A stretch of DNA of 64,000 bases, taken from NCBI GenBank assembly GCA_009859145.1, contig VRVR01000031.1, positions 202,597 to 266,596 of the forward strand, written 5' to 3'. Both the position numbers and the translations under genes were made by a program. Each line of letters begins with the position of its first letter. Position 1 is the first letter of the stretch. The notes below the pieces were generated by a model. That model was not told the DNA's origin and did no database searches. It was given only the letters and a program-made list of their open reading frames with translations. Below, in pieces: positions 10,087 to 19,580 of this stretch. This DNA is from Andalucia godoyi And28. Lineage: Eukaryota > Protista > Jakobida.

Positions 10087-12993
10087 TCAAAAGTAGTCAT
10101 CATCGTCTCCGCCGTTGTCGCTCTTTGCAAAACCCGAGGACTCGGCCTCTGAAACCGTGTCCTTGTGGAGATTGTCAGACGACGCAACAGACTTTTGAGA
10201 AGGAGTTGGCGACACCACTGCCGGACGTGCAACGGAAGCGGATCCTTGCGACGCCCACGCTCCACCGCTCGAGCTGGAAAGAGGCTGAGACTGGGATTCC
10301 CGTTGCTTGCGCACCAATTCAAGGTAGTAGTTGATATCCTTGGATTCTGTGACGTCTACAGAGTCCGTAACCTTCGGCGCAGGCAGTCGATCTTCAGCAG
10401 CGGCAATTCTTGGGGATTCGTCACCGGCGGAAGGGGCAGGTTGTGGCTCAACGCTGGACCGTGCGGGCAGCGCTTCCACTTCAGGAATATCATCGACTGC
10501 GATTGAATCGTCGTCGCTCTCACCACCCATTCTATCAGTGCTTTGTCGCTCACCAGAGTTTTCAGAATCGGATAGCACAGGCGAGAACGCGGCCACCCTG
10601 TCACGGTCGTCCATTCGAGACTCTGGACGCGCAGGAACAGGAGAATGCGCCCGTTCGATATGCGGTGACTTTTCCTGTCGGAATTCGGCAACGGTGCCAA
10701 TTAAGTCCTCTGACGGAGACGACACTCGCGACTGTTGGTCCATTACGTTATGCTCAGCAACCAAAGGAGACGGCGCCACATCGGAGTTCTCATGGGCTGT
10801 ACCTTCAACAACGGCACCACCATGAAGCGGCTCGGGCGCTTCTTCGGGAGTCTTCGCGGTTTCGCTGTTTATCGCAGAGGCAACTGGCGAGAGATCCTCG
10901 ACGACAGACGAAGCAGCGTACACGGGAACTGCAATTGACGAAGAGGGTGGAGCAAGCGATGCTGCGGTCATTCGTGCCTCCCGAAGCTGGGATCGCAACG
11001 CGTTGCATTCCTCTTGACTGAATCGGAGATCTTCGCGCGCAGCCTTCACATCGGACTGCAATCTTACGATTGTTCTTTCCGACTCTTGGATGGACCGTTC
11101 GAGTGACGCAATTCTGTTCTTCAACTCCGCAGCCTCCAATCGCAACCGAGATATCTCTTCGTTCTTTTCCCGCTCCAACGACGACAACGACAATGAGGAG
11201 GAGGATGCGGAGGAGGTTGCATTGGAGGTGGCCATTTCTGCCTGGCGTTTCCATGTATCACGATCCAAAAGCGTGTCTTCATAGCGTCGTTGTGCGGCAT
11301 CTCGCGCGCGTTCGACATCATCAATCCTCCTTTTCAGCCCGGACAACTGCACCTCGAGGTCTCCTGCAGCAGCCGAGTCTCGTCGTCTGGATTCCGAAGC
11401 TTGCTCGCGGTACGAGTTAATTTCCGCTTCGAAGGACCGCACGATGCGCTGCGATTCATCCAGAGAAACGACAGCTGCCATGTACTTTGATCTCCAGTCG
11501 GAGCCTTCCCCGCGCAGCTTTGCAATCTCTCGCTGCTGCTCATCCGTTTTTTCTCGATACGTATCCACCATGGTTCGGTACTTTTCAATTTCCTGGAACT
11601 TTGGTTGGAAGTATTGCTCAGCGTCTCGTTGCAGTAAGTTACGCTCCATGGACAGCTCTTCATATTTCCGCAATGCATTCTCCTTGGCGCGCTGCTCTTC
11701 TTCGAACCTTCGTTCCATGAGTGCCATTTCTGTTTCCATCTCTCGCAAAATCGCCTCGCGTTTTCGGAGCTGCACGTTTTCCTGGCGGTATTCCTTGACA
11801 TCGTTCTCTAGCATCTTGACTGTCGCGCGGGCTTCCTCCAGCGAGGTCAGAATCGACGCATTTCTGCACTTCACGTCGGTGCATTCGGTTCTTACTCGCG
11901 CCATTTCTAGCCGCTCATCATCGAACTGCGCCCTTTCCTTTTCCAACAAGGCCTTCTTCTCTGCCCACTCCGCCTCGAGCTTTGCAACCGCATGATGAAT
12001 CCCCGTTGCAATCCGAGCCTGCATAGCGTCCTTTTCCTTCAGCAGCTCCGATTCCCTCTCCTTCAGTTTGAAATCCGCCTCTCGAATCGCCGTCCACGCG
12101 ATTTCTTCCCGTCTCTTGATCTCCTGCTCTCGTTCATCAAGCCGCGCCTGATATTCGAGCAACCGCTGACGCGCCGCGAACATCTCCTGGTCCCTCTCCA
12201 GCGCCAGTCGATCATTGCGTTCCTGAAATTCCTGCTCTCTCCTTGTTTGCGCATTCACACGCGATGCAAACTGCTCTTCCATATCTGCTCGAATCGTCGC
12301 AAGTTTCACTCTGTACTTTTCGACCTCTTCTGCTCGGATCTTGTTTGCCTCGATCGACGCCCACCGCTCCATCTCGCTCTGCAGCCTCTTCGCGTACCGC
12401 GCCTCAGCTTCTCTTTCCATTTTCCCCATTCGCTCCTCAATCGTCATCTGGATGCTGTGCTCTTCAAGCTGCATTTTGCTTGACGAAGCAGTTTCAAGCT
12501 GCCGAAACCGATGTTCCAACGGGTTCATAATGTGGCCATCCGACGTCTGTGTCTCCACGCTATGTGCGCTCAGTCCGCCCGTTTTCGACACAGAGTAGAC
12601 GATGTTCTCAAGCTGCGAAATCGACGTGTTTCGAAGCATCCACTGCGGAACCGACAACACAGAGCTCGCATCTGACACATGGTCGCCACACCCGGCTTCC
12701 GGCACAAACACCGACCTCGACAAGTCGAACTTCTGGTACGAAAGATACTCGGACACAAGACAGTCAATCGCACGCAGCTTCAATGTGCGTCCTCTCTTCA
12801 ACGACAACGACGACGACGACGAAGAAGAAGACTGCTGTCGAGGCTCAGATCCGGCACCAGATGAAGCAGCATCCGGAAGTGACGGAACCGACTCGAGAAT
12901 CACTCGGCTCCGAAGCGACGCTTTCAGTGCATCCAAAGAACCATTCTTGACAAGTTTGTCAAAGATCCTCTGTTGAAACTCAGCAACATCCAT
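10087..12993 (-). CDS. OFD1: OFD1-like centriolar LisH/coiled-coil protein
   Basis: GSLDALKASLRSRVI and LisH IDCLVSEYLSYQKFDLSRSVFVPEAG, then long coiled coil. Confidence 0.8.
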   Translation of the reverse strand: MDVAEFQQRIFDKLVKNGSLDALKASLRSRVILESVPSLPDAASSGAGSEPRQQSSSSSSSSLSLKRGRTLKLRAIDCLVSEYLSYQKFDLSRSVFVPEAGCGDHVSDASSVLSVPQWMLRNTSISQLENIVYSVSKTGGLSAHSVETQTSDGHIMNPLEHRFRQLETASSSKMQLEEHSIQMTIEERMGKMEREAEARYAKRLQSEMERWASIEANKIRAEEVEKYRVKLATIRADMEEQFASRVNAQTRREQEFQERNDRLALERDQEMFAARQRLLEYQARLDEREQEIKRREEIAWTAIREADFKLKERESELLKEKDAMQARIATGIHHAVAKLEAEWAEKKALLEKERAQFDDERLEMARVRTECTDVKCRNASILTSLEEARATVKMLENDVKEYRQENVQLRKREAILREMETEMALMERRFEEEQRAKENALRKYEELSMERNLLQRDAEQYFQPKFQEIEKYRTMVDTYREKTDEQQREIAKLRGEGSDWRSKYMAAVVSLDESQRIVRSFEAEINSYREQASESRRRDSAAAGDLEVQLSGLKRRIDDVERARDAAQRRYEDTLLDRDTWKRQAEMATSNATSSASSSSLSLSSLEREKNEEISRLRLEAAELKNRIASLERSIQESERTIVRLQSDVKAAREDLRFSQEECNALRSQLREARMTAASLAPPSSSIAVPVYAASSVVEDLSPVASAINSETAKTPEEAPEPLHGGAVVEGTAHENSDVAPSPLVAEHNVMDQQSRVSSPSEDLIGTVAEFRQEKSPHIERAHSPVPARPESRMDDRDRVAAFSPVLSDSENSGERQSTDRMGGESDDDSIAVDDIPEVEALPARSSVEPQPAPSAGDESPRIAAAEDRLPAPKVTDSVDVTESKDINYYLELVRKQRESQSQPLSSSSGGAWASQGSASVARPAVVSPTPSQKSVASSDNLHKDTVSEAESSGFAKSDNGGDDDDYF

Positions 12994-13309
12994 TCCTTTT
13001 CTTTAAAAAATAATAATAATAAATAATAATAAACAGAAAAAGAAAATAATAATAATAATGAATACATGTATAAACTGGAGAAAACAGCAACAAACGCAAA
13101 ATGCAGAGAACATTCATAGTCTAATATAGGAAGCAAGTTCATTATAGTGCTTAACGATACTCTTGCATCACGTGAAATGGGTTGATGCTGCACTCGCATT
13201 GTTTTTGTTGTTGTCTGAAAATGGTGTTTTCTTGTTCTTGTTCTTGTTCTTGTTCTTCTTTTGTTTTCTGTTGGTTGGCGGAGAGTCAACGAGCGCGGGG
13301 GTGGTGGTG

Positions 13310-13639
13310 ATGTCGAAGCATAATCCGGATCTTGTGATGTGTCGACGGCTAGTTGGGATTGGGGCTGCTCGATTATGCGACAAGTGCGATGGCCGATGTC
13401 CGATCTGCGATTCGTATGTCCAACCGACTGTAAAGGCCCGGGTTTGCGACGATTGCAATTCCGGTCCGGCACAGGGCCGATGCATCATTTGCGGAGGCCC
13501 TGGGACCGCAGATGCTTTCTACTGCAGGTCATGTGCTGCTCTTGAAAAAGATCGCGATGGATGCCCCCGAATCATCAACGTTGGTGCCGCCAAAGCTGAC
13601 ATGTTTTACGAGCGCCGAAAACAGCTCGGAAAATCGTAA
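13310..13639 (+). CDS. PHF5A: PHD-finger-like splicing factor PHF5A/Rds3 (SF3b)
   Basis: 109 aa from ATG 13310: [13 protein letters not shown]...[16 protein letters not shown]...[14 protein letters not shown]. Confidence 0.95.
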   Translation: MSKHNPDLVMCRRLVGIGAARLCDKCDGRCPICDSYVQPTVKARVCDDCNSGPAQGRCIICGGPGTADAFYCRSCAALEKDRDGCPRIINVGAAKADMFYERRKQLGKS

Positions 13640-13798
13640 TAAATCGACTGTAGATAGCATCGATCTCCTTTTTGTACGGCAGGTGTGGCGGCTGCTTCAC
13701 CGCCAAAATTCCCGCACCTTGTTGCTCTTGCTATTCTTCAACCCATTTTTGCTTCAGTCTTTCGAATCCTTCTTTGAGATGATGCAGATTGCAAAACC

Positions 13799-14901
13799 AT
13801 GAATGATGAAAAGAGAATTTCCATTCTGATTCCCAAGAACCCGCCTTTGGAATTGGTAAAGCTGACCGTTAAAGAATGGGCAAAGCAGATTCTGTATTTG
13901 CGGAACCAAATTCCTTCGTATGAAGCCACTTGACTTTTTTAAATTTCTTCTTCTTCATTTTCATCTCTTTTTAATTGCATGTTATTTTTTGATTCCTATG
14001 CAATTGTATGTATGGCGCGATCTCCTAATGCGGATGCTCATAATACACGCACATGTACAGACCAGTTGATGCAATTGTTGCAGAGTACCAGGAGTTTCAG
14101 CAAGCGAGAAATTGCACAGACACCGACGACGGCCTCCACAAGCAGAAGAGGAGGATGATTTCGCATGCTGAGCGAAACTTGCAACGATTTGCAAAGAGCG
14201 TGCAAATTTGCATGTCTGCGATAGAGGACTTTGTTGATGGGATCTTTGGTTCATGTTCTTCATCATCATCATCCTCGATGGCTACGAGGGCTCCTCCTGT
14301 CCATCGTCTTTATTCAGCAGTATGTGTGCTGGGCTCGTCGATCCACAGTGCGCAGGAAGTGTATGTGCTGCATTTCCCCAGCATCACGACCGGTTCTGTG
14401 CCGAGTCCGCAAGTGATCGGTAACGCAGTTCGACGCATTGTCCAGCAGATTGTCATGAATGGCGGATTGTCCGATTCTGCAGTTGCAAAGCCCACTCGAT
14501 GTTCGTTGCTGATGGTCGCTTCGAAGCCGGATGAGCACCAAAAGCGGTCGAGCATGTTTCATCGCTGGAGAGTGCAAGCTGCGCCGTCTTCGTTGTCTCC
14601 TCACGCTCTCTTCAATTCCTGGCGCAAAAGAAAAGGATGCAAAGTATCAGAATTCCAAGTCGTGGTTGCCGGATCAGAATCAGAATTGGCTGTCCAAAGT
14701 CCGAGTCCGAGTCCAAGTTCGCTTCCCAGTTCTAGCCAGGGTCAGACCGCGGATTGGACAAGTGCGGACATCGTGGATGCGAACGTGTGCATGTACGTGT
14801 GCAAGGAAAAGCTAGTGGGATTGCGCATCAAGGATGTGAACGAGGACGGGTTCGAAGATTCTTCGGACAGTGAATTTGACGATGGGTTTGGGGAAGTCTA
14901 G
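13799..14901 (+). CDS. MAD2L1BP: p31comet/MAD2L1BP-like HORMA protein; exons 13799-13917 and 14061-14901
   Basis: Exon 1 KEWAKQILYLRNQIPS joins in frame to PVDAIVAEY; later VLGSSIHSAQEVYVLHF and KPTRCSLLM resemble the p31comet family. Confidence 0.65.
13918..14060 (+). other. Spliceosomal intron, 143 nt
   Basis: GTATGA...TACAG; removal restores the frame and removes an in-frame TGA. Confidence 0.8.
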
Positions 14902-14950
14902 CTCGCAATCGCAGCAGCAGTGGGTACTGTTTGATAATCAAACGTGTACG

Positions 14951-15754
14951 TTACGGTGACTTCTGTGCACAGACCAGACAGTACTGGACCAGCGCGGGTA
15001 CATTGGTGTTGAGATCCGTGGTTCCGAAAGCATTGAGCAAGTCCCTTGTCAGATCCGGGATTGGATCGAGGCCCTTCCCGCGCATTGTGATGACGGGCGA
15101 GACCGTGGACTGCAACTTGAGGAAAGATCCAATGGTGTACGTTGCCGGAACCTCGAACGTGAACCTCTTTCTGTTTCCCAAAGGAGCGACATCGAGTTCT
15201 TCGTACAGACTGTCGACAAGATGCATCTTTGGGTTCTTGTACGGCTGCAACGTGACGTCCCAAAAGTGGTTGATGACCTTTGTTGCCTCCTCTGCGTCGA
15301 CGAACCGGGTCCGCGAGTACGTGAAGAAGGATGCTGTGCCGCCTGCAACCAGCACCCGATTGCACTCCTTCATGAATGCAGGAATATCAAACCAGTGGAT
15401 TCCCGCAGCAACGTTCACATGGTCCACAGCTGCATCCGGCATCCCAGACTCTTCGGCTTTTGTACGCCGGTACGTGATGTTCTCGGCCGGAAACGCGTGC
15501 TTCAGCTGCTCCTCCGATGCATCCGTCGCAACTACTGCCGAAAAGTACCGCGCGAGTTGGATCGCTGCTTGTCCTTGTCCCGTCGCACAGTCCAGACACA
15601 CCCCGACCCGCCCGCTTGCGTCCGCACCATCACCTGCAACTCCACGACCCATATAACTCAATATATGGTCATACACAATCTGAGGATGTCGAGGACGGTT
15701 CGCCGCATACGCAGAGGCAGCAGGCGAAAACAAGTCTGTAAAATCCTGTGACAT
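14951..15754 (-). CDS. Class I SAM-dependent methyltransferase (Methyltransf_11, Tmt1-like)
   Basis: 267 aa; YAANRPRHP, CLDCATGQGQAA, VVATDASEEQL, GIHWFD. Confidence 0.9.
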   Translation of the reverse strand: MSQDFTDLFSPAASAYAANRPRHPQIVYDHILSYMGRGVAGDGADASGRVGVCLDCATGQGQAAIQLARYFSAVVATDASEEQLKHAFPAENITYRRTKAEESGMPDAAVDHVNVAAGIHWFDIPAFMKECNRVLVAGGTASFFTYSRTRFVDAEEATKVINHFWDVTLQPYKNPKMHLVDSLYEELDVAPLGNRKRFTFEVPATYTIGSFLKLQSTVSPVITMRGKGLDPIPDLTRDLLNAFGTTDLNTNVPALVQYCLVCAQKSP

Positions 15755-16077
15755 TTTTCCTTTTCCTGTTTCTTCTGCTTTTCGTTCCTCCTCTCTCTCA
15801 AATTCTCAATAACAAAAAACATCAGCAAAACCACCCCAAAATGCAGACCTTGTGTTGGACGAGTTTCTGAGCTGACCCGCTACGGCCGGCCAGACGCTTT
15901 TTCCCTCCCCGCAAAACGGTTCCCCGATTTCCCCGACAAAAAGCATGCTCGGCTTTTCCTTCCAACTTGCGGGCCGGGGATCGCTGGGGCGCCGTTGACG
16001 GACGGGGTTTTATCTGTCGGTGCCTGGTAGAATTACCAGTAAGAATAGATACGTAGGGTTTCGGTAAGCGGAGAGCC

Positions 16078-16764
16078 ATGACGGCCTTGGCGAGCGTGCG
16101 CAGGCTGACGAAAGACGACGTGGCAAGATACAGGGCACTTCGACTACGGGCGTTTCAAGAGTCGGCGAGTTCATTCAGCGAGAGTTTTGAAGACGAGGTG
16201 AATCAACCAATCGAGTATTTTCAACGTGTGATGATGATGAGGTGCGACGATGGCGACGGCGACGGCGACGGCGACGGCAATAACGACAGCCAAGAACATT
16301 TCACGCTTGGTGCATTTGCAACAGCCATGGCAGCTGCCTCCCATCCACCGGTGTCCACTGCAGTGTCCCTGTCAGCGCCAGTGGCCGGGCGAGTGCCAGG
16401 GTCAGTGGCTGGGTCGGGGTCCGGATCACAAGAGGATGAGCCGGTGCTTATTGGGATTGCAACGTTTAAAAGGGACGGTCGATCAAAAGCGCGCCACAAG
16501 GGCTACATTCACACAATGTTTGTTGCGCCAGAGCATCGAGGCTGCGGAATCGGGCAGTCCATTCTGAGACAGCTGATCGAGCAGGCGAGATCGCTGGATG
16601 GGCTGGAGCAAATGCATCTGTGGGTGCTGCAGCCACACACATCGGCTGCGCGAAGAATGTACGAGCGCGTTGGGTTCGTGATGCAGGGCACTGTCGTTTG
16701 TCGTGATTTAAAGATCGGTGGGGTGTATGTTGATGCAGCGTACATGAGCCTTGGCTTCTCATAA
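16078..16764 (+). CDS. GNAT-family N-acetyltransferase
   Basis: YRALRLRAFQE, acetyl-CoA motif MFVAPEHRGCGIG, ARRMYERVGF. Confidence 0.9.
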   Translation: MTALASVRRLTKDDVARYRALRLRAFQESASSFSESFEDEVNQPIEYFQRVMMMRCDDGDGDGDGDGNNDSQEHFTLGAFATAMAAASHPPVSTAVSLSAPVAGRVPGSVAGSGSGSQEDEPVLIGIATFKRDGRSKARHKGYIHTMFVAPEHRGCGIGQSILRQLIEQARSLDGLEQMHLWVLQPHTSAARRMYERVGFVMQGTVVCRDLKIGGVYVDAAYMSLGFS

Positions 16765-16908
16765 TAAAAAAATAAAAACACAAACACAAGCACAAAACGC
16801 CAACTGGTCTGGTAACAACACACGTGCGGAGACGGGGCAATGCTGGACAAGTACGATTAAAAAACCTTAAAAAAGAAACAGTATGTATAAACATATTCAT
16901 TTGTCATG

Positions 16909-17805
16909 TTAAATCTTGGGGACCGTCCAGACACAGTTGGACTCGATTCCGAGGTTGTCCGAGTGCATCTTGATTCTGGCAAAGCCGCCATCGGCCCAGT
17001 AGGTACCCCACGAGTTTCGGAGGACCCAGAACTCCTCCTTGGAAGCGGCATCGACGCCGAATCCAACGACGGAGATGACGTGGTTGATGGAAATAGACGG
17101 CAGCACCTCGGAGTAGATGCTTCCTCCTTTGAATGCTTCAAAGTTTGCAGTTGCATCGATCTCGCAGGCGATGGGTCCTCGCGCATAAATCTCAGCCTTC
17201 ATTGCATCTGCGCCGGAAATGGAGCCAAACTCTGCAGCGTAGTACTTTGTGTATGACGTCACCGCCGAGCATTTTCCAGGGAATCCATATGCGCAAGTCT
17301 TGCAGTATGCCTCATCGTTGCACGTTCCATCTTCTGCGCGGTACGGAGCACAGGTCTCATCGCCCATTCCATGTGCATTCAGATACTGCGCAGTGCACAG
17401 AAAGTCGCCACCATGGCACGATCCGCAGACGGGGCAATCCAGCAGAGTTTGACGAGAAATTGCAATTTCCGGGAAATCAGCACGTCGAGCAATCTTCAGA
17501 CGGTCGCTGAATGCAGAGACCGATGCATGCAGCCAGCACGATCCGCAGTATTGAGGAATATGTTGGTTAATGCTTGGCGTAACCCAGTTCGTCTGCGTCG
17601 TTCCAGAAAGAGACGCATTGCGCCAGTCCCATGCAGAAGGCACATCGGCAACTGACAAGACTTGATGCGGCAGCGGAGTCACGATGACCTCCAGCGGTGC
17701 TCCAGGAAGACGTCTGGACACGACCTCGGAGCGACGACCCGCAACACTGCTCACCGTGCACACAACCAGCGTAGCCACAACACACAACAGCACTGCAGCC
17801 CTCAT
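16909..17805 (-). CDS. CTSZ: Cathepsin Z/X (papain family C1A), secreted
   Basis: Signal peptide; NQHIPQYCGSCW with the HIP mini-loop; NHVISVVG (His); WVLRNSWG (Asn). First ATG 17805. Confidence 0.9.
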   Translation of the reverse strand: MRAAVLLCVVATLVVCTVSSVAGRRSEVVSRRLPGAPLEVIVTPLPHQVLSVADVPSAWDWRNASLSGTTQTNWVTPSINQHIPQYCGSCWLHASVSAFSDRLKIARRADFPEIAISRQTLLDCPVCGSCHGGDFLCTAQYLNAHGMGDETCAPYRAEDGTCNDEAYCKTCAYGFPGKCSAVTSYTKYYAAEFGSISGADAMKAEIYARGPIACEIDATANFEAFKGGSIYSEVLPSISINHVISVVGFGVDAASKEEFWVLRNSWGTYWADGGFARIKMHSDNLGIESNCVWTVPKI

Positions 17806-18113
17806 CCACAACCAAAAAACAACAACAGCAACTCAAAAAAATCCCTCTCTTTTTCCTACTGATGATCTCTCCTGAAGAAACTAAAAAGAAACCGAAAGTT
17901 CTCATACTTCAACGTTGAGGACTGACTTGGAAACTCTGTTCGGAATTCCTTGCGGGGGAATGACATGTCACCGGGTCAGTCCCGGTATGTGTCACCGCCG
18001 GTCAGTCTCCAGTTGTTATTCAAACCAATGCTGTCAAATGACGCATATAGTGTCCGATGTGCTGAGAACCGCAGGATGGACGTACGTACGGAGTCTCTGC
18101 AGCATATGGCTTC

Positions 18114-19274
18114 ATGCGTGATGATGTGAATCGACGGACCACTCGCACGCCGTGGTGGTGTTTTCACTCGTGTCTGCATCACCTTGCGGTCTCCAGCGGG
18201 CTGCTCGCAGTTCTCTGGCACCAATCGTACTTTCTGCCCGCGAGCCGTCCCTGCCCCAACCTCGCCAACTTGGAAAATAGCAATCTTGATCTTCCTTTTG
18301 CGTCGTATCTGATTCCGACGTCGCACAACTCGTACCTCCTTCATTGTTCTCAACTCTGGGGCACGGTCTCCGAGCATGCATACGCAGACTTGATTGAGCG
18401 AGCGAATTGCAAGTGCGTGGAAATCGATGTCGTCGATGATCCGCAGGCCGACTCTTCGTTTGCAGTCACGCATCGGCACACTCTCTGCAGCAAAGTCCCG
18501 CTTTCACGAGTTCTCGCCCAGATCCGCGAGTCGTATCAACGACTTTGCCAAGCAGCACAACCACCATCATCTTCGGCGTCGCCATCGTTTCCGGAGAACG
18601 GGGATGACTCGCCACTCATCCTGTCCATCGAGGTTCGAACGCCAAGAATCGGCGCATTGTGCGATGTTATCCGACAGCAGCTTGGCTCTCTGTTGTTTGA
18701 ATGGCCATACGAGATCGACAGGGAGTCTCCGATCACACCCGGTTCGTGTCGCGGTCGGATTCTCATTCAGAATGCAGTGGGCGTTCCGCTGTCCATCTCC
18801 TGCATTCCGTGCTTCAACGTCGCAGAAACGCATCTGAGGTCTGTCAGCGAGGACATCCAAGATATGTACAAGACGGTGCACGAGCGTCCGATTGACGAGG
18901 GGCATCGAATTGTGCGAGTGTATCCTGGCTGGTGGCGAATGTGGTCCTCCAATATGCGCTGGGACATGCGCTTCGACTACAACATGGTAGGCTGGAACTA
19001 CCAGAAGCGGTCCCTCTTTCCGCTTTTCAGCCAGCGAGCGGTGCAATCCTCTGCAGACGCGGAACGTTCTTCTTGGTGGGACCCAAGAACGGCTACACAG
19101 CTTGCGGGATATGTGCTGAAACGGCATTCCATACACTTGCGCGGCCCGCTTGCGTGGTGGACACTGCCCGAGTCTCTTGGGCCTCCTCCGTTGATGGAGT
19201 CGGTTCTTCGAGAGCAACTTCTTTTTCAACGCGAGTTCCGTGACTCGCCCTCGCCCTCTGAAAATGCAAAATGA
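18114..19274 (+). CDS. Phosphoinositide phospholipase C-like, X and Y boxes only
   Basis: TSHNSYL, KCVEID, VTHRHTL, LILSIE (X box); RVYP...SSN...MVGWNYQ (Y box). Confidence 0.75.
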   Translation: MRDDVNRRTTRTPWWCFHSCLHHLAVSSGLLAVLWHQSYFLPASRPCPNLANLENSNLDLPFASYLIPTSHNSYLLHCSQLWGTVSEHAYADLIERANCKCVEIDVVDDPQADSSFAVTHRHTLCSKVPLSRVLAQIRESYQRLCQAAQPPSSSASPSFPENGDDSPLILSIEVRTPRIGALCDVIRQQLGSLLFEWPYEIDRESPITPGSCRGRILIQNAVGVPLSISCIPCFNVAETHLRSVSEDIQDMYKTVHERPIDEGHRIVRVYPGWWRMWSSNMRWDMRFDYNMVGWNYQKRSLFPLFSQRAVQSSADAERSSWWDPRTATQLAGYVLKRHSIHLRGPLAWWTLPESLGPPPLMESVLREQLLFQREFRDSPSPSENAK

Positions 19275-19580
19275 CGAGGAAAATGAATGCAGGAAGTTTT
19301 ACTTCAAGCAGAGGAAAAAGCAGAAAAACCGCCATCATAATAATAACTATAACTGTATAAAAAAGCAAGCAAACAAACACACAAACAACAACAACAAAAA
19401 CAACAAATACACGCGAACGAAAAACGAACAAAACGAATCATGGCACAGACAGCCACCTTGACATCATAAAGGTATACATCAGAAACAGAATCCACACCGG
19501 ACAGGGGGCGGGGTGGGTGGCGACGTTGATGATGACGGTTGTTCATGGCATCACACTCCAAGAGGAACCGCAGTGACCGC

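Noticed and set aside
5756-12993. CEP95-like and OFD1-like genes as a centriolar gene cluster
   Set aside because: Separated by an unrelated gene; two neighbours in a dense genome do not show clustering
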